From an uncultured Spirochaetota bacterium (GTDB taxonomy: Bacteria; Spirochaetota; Spirochaetia; SZUA-6; Fen-1364), in assembly GCA_963820525.1 (NCBI GenBank), contig CAWGAA010000001.1:2560001-2624000 (forward strand): a stretch of DNA of 64,000 bases, read 5' to 3'. The position numbers and the translations under genes were made by a program. The notes under the pieces are model-generated. The model was not told the DNA's origin, did no database searches, and saw only the letters and a program-made list of their open reading frames with translations. This document shows positions 19,425 to 29,304 of this stretch, piece after piece (positions within the stretch are counted from its first letter, which is position 1; every line of letters begins with the position of its first letter).

Positions 19425-20852
19425 CTATTCCTTGCCTTTCAGTTTCTGGAGCTCCCGCATGGCAATTCCGATCTCGGGAGCATCTGATGAGGCGGCGCCT
19501 TCCATCTCGAAGAGGTAGATTGTTGCCGGGGCGATCCGCCCGTCCGCGAGGGAGAGCGCAGCCATGTAGAAGAGCATGCGGGCGGCGAGCGCCTTGTTTT
19601 TCTCCTTGGCAATCCGCGCGCTGTATGAGCCGTCCATGGACTGCGGCTCAATCAGGAAGCGCGCAGCGTCGAAGTACCAGGAGTCCCGGGGAATTGCGCT
19701 CATCACCCCCTGGAGATAGCCGGCCGCCTGCTTGGCCTGTCCCGCCCTGCGCAGCGCGAGAGCGGAAAGGAGTGCGAAGGAATGTTCCTCCGGTTCCGCC
19801 TTGTACGCCTGGAGGAAGGCGGCACGCGCCCCCGACCAGTCCTCCTTCATGTAGAGAAGAACTCCGAGGGGCTCGTACGCGAAGTAATAATCGGGCCTGA
19901 GGCTCACGAGCCTCTTGTAATCCGAAAGCGCCTGATCGTCGGCGTGCCGCAGGTAGAGGATCCCCGCCCGCATCGCGTAGCCGATGAACTCCTCGGGCGC
20001 CAGCTTGATCGCCATGGAGAAATCCTCCAGGGCCTGGTCGGGTTTTCGCGCCTGCAGATACAGCCTCCCTCGGTCGATGTACGACCACGAGTAGCTGGGA
20101 TCCAGCCCTATGGCCCGGGAGAGGTCCTGGATGGCCCCGGCGGAATCGCCTTGGGCGCCCCTGGCCCGCGCCCTGTCGATGTAGGAGAAGGGATAGTCGG
20201 GCTGGACATCGATCGCCTTGGAGAAGATCTCCGAGGCTTTCGCGTACTCCTTCCTCTGGGTGGAAATGGAGCCCTCGCCCATGAGGGCGACAAGGTTGGC
20301 CGGGTCGCTTGCCAACGCCCTCCTGAAATAGCCCAGGGCCGTCTCCGGGTCCTTGTCTTCCAGGGCGAGATCTCCGAGAGCGGCGAGGGAGTCGGAATGT
20401 GAAGGATCCAGCGCTATGGCCTTCTGGAGATACTCCTTCTGCCCCCTCTTGTTTTCAGCCAGAGCCTCGAGTATCGAGAGGTTGTAGAGAACCTCCGCGT
20501 CCCTGCCATCCTCGGCCAGGAGCAGGTCGAACTCCTCCCGCGCTTCATCCATCTTTCCCGCCATCATGAGCAGCCGGGCGTGAAGGAGGCGCGTCTCGCG
20601 GCTCTGGGGCCGCTCCTTGAGCGCCTTGTCGTATTCGCTCAAGGCCTGCTCGGGATTGCCGACAGCTATGGAGGCGGCAATGCTCTCGTAGGGGGCCTCC
20701 GGCTCCTTCGGGGCCGGCCTTTGCGGCCGGGATGGAGCCATACAGGAGAGGAAGATCGCGGCGACCAGCACGACGGGCAGGCAGAAAAGAGATTTCTGCG
20801 CGACAACGAGTAAGGAGCATGGCGAGGGAATCATGGAAACCTTCGATTTCAT
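19425..20852 (-). CDS. TPR-repeat protein (probable lipoprotein)
   Basis: Many TPR repeats (AIALDPSH, AIDVQPDY, AIGLDPSY) and a hydrophobic stretch ending FLSC. Start uncertain. Confidence 0.82.
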   Translation of the reverse strand: MKSKVSMIPSPCSLLVVAQKSLFCLPVVLVAAIFLSCMAPSRPQRPAPKEPEAPYESIAASIAVGNPEQALSEYDKALKERPQSRETRLLHARLLMMAGKMDEAREEFDLLLAEDGRDAEVLYNLSILEALAENKRGQKEYLQKAIALDPSHSDSLAALGDLALEDKDPETALGYFRRALASDPANLVALMGEGSISTQRKEYAKASEIFSKAIDVQPDYPFSYIDRARARGAQGDSAGAIQDLSRAIGLDPSYSWSYIDRGRLYLQARKPDQALEDFSMAIKLAPEEFIGYAMRAGILYLRHADDQALSDYKRLVSLRPDYYFAYEPLGVLLYMKEDWSGARAAFLQAYKAEPEEHSFALLSALALRRAGQAKQAAGYLQGVMSAIPRDSWYFDAARFLIEPQSMDGSYSARIAKEKNKALAARMLFYMAALSLADGRIAPATIYLFEMEGAASSDAPEIGIAMRELQKLKGKE

Positions 20853-20904
20853 AGCCCAACGCGTTGAATCTTTCAAGCCCCCCTGATAGAATATCAGACG
20901 CCCA

Positions 20905-22746
20905 ATGCCTGACGCTTCCCGCAGACTCCGCTTCATCAGCTTTCTCGTCTACGGCGCAGCCGTGCTGCTCCTCTTCTATCTCGCATTGTTTTCCCGCGGG
21001 TTCTCGCAGAACGTGGGGGAGGTCCGCATCCACGGCCGCTACGCGCCTTTCCCGCTCCTCGGCGAGCGAAGGGTGAGGGACCTGGAAATCTCCTACCATG
21101 GGCTCAATCTCTCCTTCTCCCGCTCCCGGCCCCTTGTCATTCGTACGGCCGACGGCAGGGATGCGGCCCGCTCGATAGACTCGATACGCTTCTATTCCGA
21201 CGAAGCCGATATCCTCTTCGAGGGGGGAGTCGCTCTCCACCTCACGGCAGATCCCGGCGGCACCTCCTCCTATACGATCGCCATTTCCTCTCCTTCGGCC
21301 GAAGAGGCGTCACTGCTCATCGCCTTCTCGCTCAGGGAGCGCGCCGGCAAGGGTGATGGGGCACCCGTGCTCTCGTGGAGCGGCAGCGGAAACTCCTATA
21401 TCCTGTCGGTATCGGAAAGGTCGAAGATCGATTCCCCCGCCGGCTCGCTCGTAATCGCCTCCGGAAAGCAGGGAAAAGCGGCCATCCGGCTCGGCGCCGA
21501 CGTCTCGCCCCTTGCCGGTCCCTACGCATCCTGGCTGTCTCAGCAAGCCGCGCTCGCGACGCCCGAGGCGCTCCAGAAGTCGTTTTCCGCGTTCGCCGAC
21601 GCCTCCTTCAGCGGCTGGACAAGAACGAGAATATCGACCGACGGCGCCTCGTGGCGCGGTGCGGACGGCGCGTTCGGGGTAAGCGAGGATCTGGGCCAGG
21701 CGCTGATCGCCGAATCGATTGCCCGCGGCACGTATCTGAAGTACCGCGCCCTCTACCAACAGGCAATCGGCCAGCGCCTCGTGCAGAGCCCCCAGCTCCC
21801 ATTCACGCTTTCCTCCAGCCCCTACATCGGAAACCTGGCCGAGTTCTCTCGGCGCCTCGAAGCTCGGCAAGCGGCCGAAGTGGAGAGACTGCGTCGGCTT
21901 CTGGCCGCCCCTGACGCCTCCCTCGGGGACGCCGGTGCCATTGTGTCGACCCTGCTCGACCACGGTCCCTTCTCGCTGGTCCAGGACGCCCTGGCGCTCT
22001 TCGAGCAGCGGGATATGAAGCGGGCGGACCTCTCCCTCCTCCTGGTCATGCTGGAATCGTTTCTCGACTATGCCTCCTTCGCAGACGAGACCGGCAACAG
22101 CCTCACGGAATGCCGCTCGATAATCGAGAAGGGAATCCTCCCCGCGATCCGCAATACTGACCAAGGGATGTTCCTCGTCGGAGGCAAGGATGGCACGGTG
22201 GACGTGGCGATGAGCCTGCACGCGGCATCCCTTCTCCTGCGCTGCGGTGACGAGCTCAAGATGCCCGTGATTTCCTCTCTTGGAAGAAGCCTCATGATAG
22301 GGTCTCTTGGCCTGGTGCGCGACGAGGGGTTCCTTCCGGCGACGCTCACGCTTTCTGCCGACGCCGTCGTTTCCCAGGACGGCTTGCTCGCTCCGGAATC
22401 GATCTACCGGTATGTGGCAATCGACGGCTACATTCCCCGGGAGCGCCCCCTCTACAGATATCTCGGACCCGGGACATGGATCTGGTCGGCGGCGAAGGTA
22501 CAGTCCATAGAGTCCACGACGGAGACGCTGCGCATCCTTTTCTCGTTTCCCGCAGGCCTGCCTCATTACGCGATAATCCAGGGAGTGAAGCCCTTTCGGG
22601 AGCTCCAGATGCACGGGACCGCCTGGAGAACAGACCCCGAGTATGCACAGTACTCGGACGGGTGGATGTATAGCGCCCTGAGCAAGACGCTGTACCTGAA
22701 ACTGACGGAAAAACAGGAAAAAGAAGAGATCCTGATCACCTACTAG
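20905..22746 (+). CDS. Hypothetical exported/membrane-anchored protein
   Basis: 613-aa ORF with an N-terminal hydrophobic helix. It fills the space between neighbouring genes. No recognised motif. Confidence 0.7.
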   Translation: MPDASRRLRFISFLVYGAAVLLLFYLALFSRGFSQNVGEVRIHGRYAPFPLLGERRVRDLEISYHGLNLSFSRSRPLVIRTADGRDAARSIDSIRFYSDEADILFEGGVALHLTADPGGTSSYTIAISSPSAEEASLLIAFSLRERAGKGDGAPVLSWSGSGNSYILSVSERSKIDSPAGSLVIASGKQGKAAIRLGADVSPLAGPYASWLSQQAALATPEALQKSFSAFADASFSGWTRTRISTDGASWRGADGAFGVSEDLGQALIAESIARGTYLKYRALYQQAIGQRLVQSPQLPFTLSSSPYIGNLAEFSRRLEARQAAEVERLRRLLAAPDASLGDAGAIVSTLLDHGPFSLVQDALALFEQRDMKRADLSLLLVMLESFLDYASFADETGNSLTECRSIIEKGILPAIRNTDQGMFLVGGKDGTVDVAMSLHAASLLLRCGDELKMPVISSLGRSLMIGSLGLVRDEGFLPATLTLSADAVVSQDGLLAPESIYRYVAIDGYIPRERPLYRYLGPGTWIWSAAKVQSIESTTETLRILFSFPAGLPHYAIIQGVKPFRELQMHGTAWRTDPEYAQYSDGWMYSALSKTLYLKLTEKQEKEEILITY

Positions 22747-22761
22747 CTGATCCGCCCCCGG

Positions 22762-23517
22762 CTATGCCAGATGGAATGTCTTTCCCGAGAACCCGGGGTC
22801 TTTCGCGCGGACCAGGGGAGGGAGATCTCCGATCACGCCGAAGCGGTCATCCTTGATGATGAGAAGCCCGCGCACCCCCGGGATGGCGGAGACCCTGTGC
22901 AGTGTCGGCTCAACGTCGTGGACGCTCTTCACGCAGTTTCCCGTGAGGGTCGCGGCCGCGTCGGCCAGGGCGCCATCCCGCGCCACGACTGTTGCCAGAT
23001 CGCAGTCTCCGAAGCTCAAGCTGTGGCCGAACCGGCTGGATGAGGAGCAGATCGAGAGGGGCATCAATGGGGGGTCCACGCGGAAGGCAAGGGTGCCGGA
23101 GAGCGGGTGGTCTCCCGCGTACAGCCCTACGGTGACGGCGGCCGGCGAAGTGAGGAAGATGTCGCCCCCATTCTCAATTATGGCCTCATCGGCTCCCGCC
23201 GCGATGGCCGCCTCGGCGCACATCTCCGCAACGGCCCCGGCAACTGCGGCCATCGGCCCCACGCCGCAGGCAGCCGCAGCGCGGGCCATGCGGAGCGCGA
23301 TCTCGGGAGCGTTCACCAATAGCTGGATCGGGACCAGGGATGTGCGAAACTCCGGCTGCCGCTCGATGTAAAGCTCGAGCACTCCACGAAGCCGCTTCAC
23401 CTCTTGGCAGATCAGCCGCGAGCGGGGCGAGCAGATCCGCAGGTTCGCCTCTTTCCAGCTGAAGGTGGCGTAGCGGCGGGGTGAGCCCGGCACGCGCGTA
23501 TGTCGCGGAACCTCCAC
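22762..23517 (-). CDS. UPF0280 / ApbE-like (COG2122) protein
   Basis: GVGPMAAVAGAVA, IENGGDI, ICSSS..GHSLSFG, ADAAAT. GTG start at 23517 with GGAGGAG SD. Confidence 0.88.
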   Translation of the reverse strand: MEVPRHTRVPGSPRRYATFSWKEANLRICSPRSRLICQEVKRLRGVLELYIERQPEFRTSLVPIQLLVNAPEIALRMARAAAACGVGPMAAVAGAVAEMCAEAAIAAGADEAIIENGGDIFLTSPAAVTVGLYAGDHPLSGTLAFRVDPPLMPLSICSSSSRFGHSLSFGDCDLATVVARDGALADAAATLTGNCVKSVHDVEPTLHRVSAIPGVRGLLIIKDDRFGVIGDLPPLVRAKDPGFSGKTFHLA

Positions 23518-23539
23518 ATCTCCTCCCGCCTGGCGGCAG

Positions 23540-23950
23540 CTAGAAAAGCGATGAACAGGCGCCGAAGGGGCAGTTCTGGAGGCAGGAGAGGCATTCCACA
23601 CAGTCGCCGGGGTAGAACGCCACCGTCCTGCTCGCGGCATCGGAAAAGCGCAGCGCTTTCGTGGGACAGTGGGGGAGGCAGTTGCCGCAATGGGTGCATT
23701 TCTGGACGTCCCACCGCACCCCGACGCCCGCCTCATCGACGTCCACCTTGAAGGTCTGAACGTACTCGATGCCCCGCCGGATGTCCTGCTCGCTTCCCGA
23801 TAGGTCCAGGACGAGGTAGCCGTACTCCTCGGGGGTCACCTTGGCGCGGAAGATGTTGATCACGAGGTTGTAGTTCTTCACCAGGTTGTAGACGATCGGC
23901 TTTTCCGTCTCGCTCTTGGGGAATGAGAACATCACCCTCTTGGTGGTCAT
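23540..23950 (-). CDS. NIL domain + 2[4Fe-4S] ferredoxin
   Basis: KPIVYNLVKNYNLVINIFRA (NIL domain), CTHCGNCLPHCP and CVECLSCLQNCP. Confidence 0.9.
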   Translation of the reverse strand: MTTKRVMFSFPKSETEKPIVYNLVKNYNLVINIFRAKVTPEEYGYLVLDLSGSEQDIRRGIEYVQTFKVDVDEAGVGVRWDVQKCTHCGNCLPHCPTKALRFSDAASRTVAFYPGDCVECLSCLQNCPFGACSSLF

Positions 23951-25137
23951 TTCTTCTTCTCCCTGACAACGAGCGGCTTCATCGACTGGGCGCGAGGAAG
24001 AGGCCGCCATGGCCGCGACAGGAGGAACTCTCCCCGCTTTATCTCGTCCTGGAGCACATGCGCGATCTCCAGCGCCATCGCGTAGGAGGAAAGGGAACCT
24101 ACCTCGACCGTCTTTCCCAATACGGTCGCCTCGCCGCGCTTCAGCTCCTCATAGGAGAGGCGGCAGAGGACCTTCCCCGTCCTGTTGGGGTAGTCGCTGG
24201 AATAGTCGACAACGGGCGCCAGGATGTCGCGGTCGCGGACCGTGGTGCGCGCGAGGATCCGGGAATTGAGGATGGGGATGGGAATGCCCACGCCGAGAGA
24301 GAGGGAAACCCCATAGCCGATGAGGCTCAGGCCGCGGAGGTACTTGCCCTTCATCTCCTTCATGTTGGCCGTCAGCCCCAGGGTGCCGGCCCCCTCCGTG
24401 GGTACATCGTTGGGCCCGCGCTCACAGGTGGAGGCATACTGCGTGCCCTCGGCGTGCACATGCCCGTGCGCCCCGGCCAGCCACACGCTTGTGCCGATCC
24501 CGATGGTCTCGTAAAGGGGATCGTTCAGAAGAGGGGAGAGCTGCCCCGCGGAGGAGTAGGTGATGTTCTGCATGCTCGGCTTGAGAAGCCCGAAGTAGGT
24601 GTAAAGCGGCCGCTCGCCGCAGTTGATGGCCACGTTGTAGTTCTGGTAGCAGTTTCTGGGATTCACCATGATGGCCTGGTTCACGTCCTTTATCGTGAAC
24701 CAGGTGCGAAGCTCCCTCAGGGGATACTCGTCGGTGCCGTAGGAAATCGCGTGAAGCTCAAGCCTCTCTCCGGCCACGAGCCTCTCTATAACGTGCCCTC
24801 CGCCATAGCGGAACTCGCCGGGGTAATAGAGGTTCGCCGGGTCGTTGCGCCGAAGCTGGGTGGCGCCGAGATACACGTCCACCGCCGCAATGCCGCAGTA
24901 GGCCTCCACCTCGTCGATCCATGCCTGGGTCATGCGGATCCGCGGCTTCGAATGGCCGAAGTTGATGAAGCAGCCGGAGGAGCACATCGGGCCGAAGGTT
25001 GCCGTTGTCACCACGTCAACCTCTTCCGCGGCCTCTTCCAACCCTTTCTTTTCGACGTAATCGATGACTTCCTCGGCCGTGAGGACCAGGGCTTTCTTCG
25101 ACTCGATTCTGGCGTTGATCTGCTCGTACGTTTTCAT
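23947..25137 (-). CDS. Homocysteine biosynthesis protein (DUF39/COG1900, aspartate-semialdehyde sulfurtransferase)
   Basis: KTYEQINARI, VDVVTTATFGPMCSSG, YGGGHVIE, NPRNCYQNY, SPLLNDP, GIGT. Confidence 0.88.
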   Translation of the reverse strand: MKTYEQINARIESKKALVLTAEEVIDYVEKKGLEEAAEEVDVVTTATFGPMCSSGCFINFGHSKPRIRMTQAWIDEVEAYCGIAAVDVYLGATQLRRNDPANLYYPGEFRYGGGHVIERLVAGERLELHAISYGTDEYPLRELRTWFTIKDVNQAIMVNPRNCYQNYNVAINCGERPLYTYFGLLKPSMQNITYSSAGQLSPLLNDPLYETIGIGTSVWLAGAHGHVHAEGTQYASTCERGPNDVPTEGAGTLGLTANMKEMKGKYLRGLSLIGYGVSLSLGVGIPIPILNSRILARTTVRDRDILAPVVDYSSDYPNRTGKVLCRLSYEELKRGEATVLGKTVEVGSLSSYAMALEIAHVLQDEIKRGEFLLSRPWRPLPRAQSMKPLVVREKKK

Positions 25138-25286
25138 CGTTGGGTGGGTTACTGTAGCGCAGGCGGGGCGGCGCTTGCAAGCGGGAAGGCGCTGACAACC
25201 GGCTCGAGCGTTCAGGCGGGCCGCGCTCAAAGCGCCGCGGCTGAAGCGTCCGAGGCGCCGTCAAGCCCGCGCCCGAAGCACCCGCT

Positions 25287-25796
25287 TCAGAACGTGAAGA
25301 GAATCCCCGCGTTCACGTGGAAGACCCCAATGTTCTGGTCTCCCACGAACAGCCACGCGTACTTCGCCTGCACGAACGCGTCGAGGTTGCTGATCAGCCG
25401 GAAGGTGCCTCCGGCGAGCACGCCGACGTGGATCGCCAGGACATCCGCCACGGCGGTGAGCCCGGGCGCCAAGCCGGCGTAAAGGCTGAAATCGGAGAGA
25501 GGGACGATGAACTTGAACGCGATATCGAAATCCGTGGCGTTCTGCGTGCCGAACTTGTACAGCTCAGATGAAGGAGTCAGGTGGAATGTATAGACCAGAG
25601 GGATATTGACGTAGAAGCCCCAATTGAAGCTGGTCTGTGTATCGACGCCGGGAACGCCGGCAGGGCTTGCCTGCGGCAAGGCGGCTCCCAGAGAAATCCC
25701 CAGCCCCACGGAGTTGCCCGAGACTTGTGCAAAGAGCGGGAGAGCTAGGAAAAGTGCCACCGCTGCAAGAGCAAGAATGAGAGCCGTCCGTTTCAT
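25287..25796 (-). CDS. Putative small outer-membrane beta-barrel protein
   Basis: Signal peptide ending LFA, alternating aromatic beta-strands, C-terminal GILFTF. Confidence 0.7.
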   Translation of the reverse strand: MKRTALILALAAVALFLALPLFAQVSGNSVGLGISLGAALPQASPAGVPGVDTQTSFNWGFYVNIPLVYTFHLTPSSELYKFGTQNATDFDIAFKFIVPLSDFSLYAGLAPGLTAVADVLAIHVGVLAGGTFRLISNLDAFVQAKYAWLFVGDQNIGVFHVNAGILFTF

Positions 25797-25874
25797 GAGC
25801 GTCTCCTCCTTCGCCGGATTCTATCCCTTTCTCCAACCCCATGGAAAGCCCCGGTGGACACCGGGGCCGAAGCA

Positions 25875-26585
25875 TCACTTCTGGCCGGCGGCTTCGTCGA
25901 GATCGCCGCGGTCTTCGAGGGACGCATAGAGGGTGGTGATCGTCGCTTCCAGCTCCCTCTTCAGGCGGATCTTTTCCTCGGGAAAGGGAACGCTGCCGTC
26001 GAATCTGATCGGCTTTCCAATGAGGATGCTCTTGACCCTGCGGTTGACGGCAACGGGAAGGAAGGAGACCGCTTTTCGCGTCTTCTCGAAATAAAGCTTG
26101 GCCAGATGGAGGAATCCGGTGCAAAAATCGAAGAGCACCTCATTGATCATTGGTTTCTGCGAGTCTTCGGGGAATACCAGGATGTTCTTCCCCTGTTCCA
26201 TGAGGCGGAGGCTCTGGTCTACCGTGGACTTGATCTTCTTGCTCTTGTCATAGACGGGAATGGCATCGATGTCCTTCATGAGCGCCACGCAGATACGGCC
26301 GATCACGCGGGCGAAGAACCTTGCAAGGGGTGGGCTCAGGTGCAGCTCGGCCTCGAAGAAATCGGCCTGGATCCTTTTTGCGACGGTGCGGACATCGGTG
26401 ACTTCATGGGCTACCCAGGGGTAGAGCTTCCAGGGAAAGGAGGTGATGATGGAGATCGGCCCGAAAGATCCCGCGTGATTGGAGACCAGAATGACCGGCT
26501 CTCCACGGCTGATATTCTTCATCCCTTTGATCCGGATCTTGAAGAGGAGATAGCGGAAGACTTTATAGAACAAACGGGCAACCAT
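25875..26585 (-). CDS. Lysophospholipid acyltransferase (PlsC superfamily)
   Basis: VILVSNH, AIPV, ILVFPE, FLPVAV blocks. The HX4D motif is altered to HAGSFG. Confidence 0.75.
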   Translation of the reverse strand: MVARLFYKVFRYLLFKIRIKGMKNISRGEPVILVSNHAGSFGPISIITSFPWKLYPWVAHEVTDVRTVAKRIQADFFEAELHLSPPLARFFARVIGRICVALMKDIDAIPVYDKSKKIKSTVDQSLRLMEQGKNILVFPEDSQKPMINEVLFDFCTGFLHLAKLYFEKTRKAVSFLPVAVNRRVKSILIGKPIRFDGSVPFPEEKIRLKRELEATITTLYASLEDRGDLDEAAGQK

Positions 26586-26710
26586 GGAAACCTTGCACCA
26601 TCGACTATACGGGCATAGGCTGTCTATGCCTAAACTAATCCACAGAGCGAATGATGTCAAGGCGAATTGTCAGGATGGTTGAGAGAGGCGGAGCGGCGCG
26701 ACCCGGCCTG

Positions 26711-27682
26711 CTATGTTTCCTTGGGGGTCACTTCGTGCGCGAAGAAGGTATGGATGAACAGGGGGGCAATGAGGACCAGGAAAAGCCCGAGAGAAACCAC
26801 AAGAAGCTGAGCAAGCCCCAGATCGGTCCAGAGGCTTCTCACCACCAGGGAACCGCTCACGATCCCGATCGTGATGAGGGCGCCGGCCTTCAGGACCCTC
26901 TGGCGCAGGCGGACAAAAAGCGCCGATGTGATCCCTAGGATGATGCAGAAGTAGGCCATCGCGGCATCCCACTGACGGAACTGCTCGACGCCCTTTGTAA
27001 GCAGCCGGAAAAGCGAGTCTCCCGTATGCTCAACGGTAAGGGCCCAGATTATCAAGACCGGCAGGGGAAGAAGCATGAGGGAGAGAAAGAGCCAATCCCG
27101 CCTTGCCACCCGAACCGATGACATGACGAAGAGCCCGACGATGAATACGTAGAACAGAGCGAGAAGGGCCAGCTCCCAGACGGGAGCCGGCATCCCGGTT
27201 CCCGTGAAAACGAACGAAAAGGTGGATGCGAATGGATGGCGGGAGAGAAAGCCGATCATGAGCAGAGGGAAGAAAGCATAGCCCGCCCAGGAATACATCC
27301 ATGTCGGGGAGCCCATCCTCCAGCCCTGGATGGTAATCACGGCGATCGCCCCCAGGGCTATGCCCAGAAGGATAGGATCGTGCCAGAAGTGCGTCGCGAA
27401 GAGCACGGCGACGATGAAATGGGGCTGCGAGCCGATGAACGCGTCCACCCAGCTCCCCCGGCTGTACGCCTCGTACATGGCCCGTGCTATCGACCGCGCC
27501 TCTCCGAAGGACGAGATCGCTTCCTGCTCCGCCTGCTCCATCGAGAATCCGGCGCACTCCAGCTCGCTCACCTTCTCCTGGAAATGTGTGGAAAGCTCGT
27601 TCACCACCCTTCTTTCCATCTCGGGGCTGAGGTGAAGATGAGCGCGAACCTCGTCGAGATAGGTATCGATCACTTCAGCCAT
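26711..27682 (-). CDS. Membrane protein with N-terminal permease-prefix (HAAS-like) domain
   Basis: YLDEVRAHL...ELSTHFQE...AEQEAISSFGE, then about 8 TM helices. Lies directly downstream of PadR, a typical pairing. Confidence 0.8.
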   Translation of the reverse strand: MAEVIDTYLDEVRAHLHLSPEMERRVVNELSTHFQEKVSELECAGFSMEQAEQEAISSFGEARSIARAMYEAYSRGSWVDAFIGSQPHFIVAVLFATHFWHDPILLGIALGAIAVITIQGWRMGSPTWMYSWAGYAFFPLLMIGFLSRHPFASTFSFVFTGTGMPAPVWELALLALFYVFIVGLFVMSSVRVARRDWLFLSLMLLPLPVLIIWALTVEHTGDSLFRLLTKGVEQFRQWDAAMAYFCIILGITSALFVRLRQRVLKAGALITIGIVSGSLVVRSLWTDLGLAQLLVVSLGLFLVLIAPLFIHTFFAHEVTPKET

Positions 27683-27707
27683 GCTGCAAGCACCGCCGCA
27701 CCAGCGT

Positions 27708-28061
27708 TCATCCCTCGGAAGGCTTGAGAATGAGGTCCATGGCGCTGGAAAAGCTCTGCCACATCGCAAGCTTCCTGGCCAGGAATTCACGACCCTGCTC
27801 GGTCATGATGTAGTACCTGCGTTCCTGCCCGTTGGAGAGCTTCTTCCACTCTCCCTTGATGAGCCCGTCGTTCTCGAGCTTGCGAAGAGCAGGGTAGACC
27901 GTGCCCTCCCGGAAGCGGAAGTAGCCCCGGCTGCGTTCTTCTATCTCCTTGATGAGTCGATATCCATAGATCTCACCGCGCTCATTGATGAGGTAGAGCA
28001 GGAGCGAATCCGTGTTCCCCCGAAGCAGATCGGAATCGTAGCCGAGCCCTTCTCCAGCCAT
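27708..28061 (-). CDS. PadR-family transcriptional regulator
   Basis: YGYRLIKEI, EGTVYPALRKLE..G.I...W, RRYY. Start at 28061 (28088 is an alternative). Confidence 0.93.
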   Translation of the reverse strand: MAGEGLGYDSDLLRGNTDSLLLYLINERGEIYGYRLIKEIEERSRGYFRFREGTVYPALRKLENDGLIKGEWKKLSNGQERRYYIMTEQGREFLARKLAMWQSFSSAMDLILKPSEG

Positions 28062-28162
28062 ATCCGCACCCTCGCTTTCCCTTTTCATATCAAGGATACG
28101 TTCGCTCGAAAGATGCTGTCAATACTTCTCGGGGTGGTGTATCCTCCTGTCCGGAGACATTC

Positions 28163-28753
28163 ATGAGGGAAAAGAGGGCAAAAAAAACGGGGACGGCCCG
28201 CGCGCTTGGGGCGAAAGCTGCAAGCCCGAGGGGCAAACCGGCGAGCCCGGGCGGCCAGAGAACCCGGCTGCTCAAGGATCTCACCGCCGCGATCAGGCAG
28301 ATCGATGAGGAGGGGCTTCTGTTCCTGCTCCGTCAGGCGAATGTTCTTATCCATAATGCCAGGGTCGACGTCTTGAACCGTGAAGCGGAGGAGTTGGAGA
28401 AGAAGGCGACAAAGACCCGCGGATCGGGAGCGGCCGCATCGGTCTCCTCCCGGGGGCTTCGAATGGCGGGCTCCGCCCCTTATGCAGCCGTCGAGGAGTC
28501 TCCCGACGGGAAGGTCATCTTCCTGGTCCTGGGAAAGTCGCGCAAGGTGATGAACGTCGAGGAAATCAAGCAGCTGGTGCGGATCTGCTATGGTGCCGAG
28601 ACGAAAAGTGATGCCCAGCGCCAACTCTTCAATGTTCTCGCCCGCGAGCGCAAGGACGTTCTTGTGGACGCGGGAATCGGGGCTCCCGCAAGCCCCATCC
28701 TGGAGGCTCTCTTCCATGCCTTGCGGGAGAAATACAGGCTCAAGGACAGGTAG
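28163..28753 (+). CDS. Hypothetical protein
   Basis: 196-aa ORF with GGAG SD and a basic N-terminus, 9 bp upstream of the PRTase gene. Confidence 0.7.
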   Translation: MREKRAKKTGTARALGAKAASPRGKPASPGGQRTRLLKDLTAAIRQIDEEGLLFLLRQANVLIHNARVDVLNREAEELEKKATKTRGSGAAASVSSRGLRMAGSAPYAAVEESPDGKVIFLVLGKSRKVMNVEEIKQLVRICYGAETKSDAQRQLFNVLARERKDVLVDAGIGAPASPILEALFHALREKYRLKDR

Positions 28754-28762
28754 ACGGGAAAG

Positions 28763-29293
28763 ATGTCACTGCGGGAAATCGACGGAAGGTACTACTTCAG
28801 CTACAACCACATCCACGACACCGTGAAAAAGCTCGCGGGCATGGTGGAGGCGTCCGGCTTCGCCGCCGACGTCATGGTGGCCATTGGAACGGGAGGGTTC
28901 ATCCCCGCCAGGATCCTGAAAACCTTCCTCAACAAGCCGATCCTGACCGTCGGGATCACCTACTATGGGACCGACAACAAGCCCTCGAGCTCTCCCCGGA
29001 CCATCCAGTGGATCGATGAGGTCGAGAAAAAGCTTTCCAACAAGCGCGTGCTTCTCGTGGACGAGGTGGATGACTCCCGGGTGACCCTCGAATACTGCCT
29101 TCGGGAGCTGCTCCAGCACGGGCCTCGCGAAATCGCCGTGGCGGTGCTCCACAACAAGATAAAGGAAAAGCGCGGGAGCCTCCCCGCCGAGGTGCACCAT
29201 TATTTTGTCGGGGAGGTTCTGGAAGACCGCTGGATCTGCTACCCCTGGGATGCACAGGACATCGAGAGGCACGAAGAGCTGGCGCGGGGCTGA
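28763..29293 (+). CDS. Purine (xanthine/hypoxanthine-type) phosphoribosyltransferase
   Basis: AIGTGGFIPARIL, VLLVDEVDDSRVTL PRPP loop, WICYPW. Confidence 0.88.
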   Translation: MSLREIDGRYYFSYNHIHDTVKKLAGMVEASGFAADVMVAIGTGGFIPARILKTFLNKPILTVGITYYGTDNKPSSSPRTIQWIDEVEKKLSNKRVLLVDEVDDSRVTLEYCLRELLQHGPREIAVAVLHNKIKEKRGSLPAEVHHYFVGEVLEDRWICYPWDAQDIERHEELARG

Positions 29294-29304
29294 CAGGAGC
29301 CGCG

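Noticed and set aside
23923..25482. 519-aa plus-strand ORF
   Set aside because: Antisense to the DUF39 gene, with no recognisable domain.
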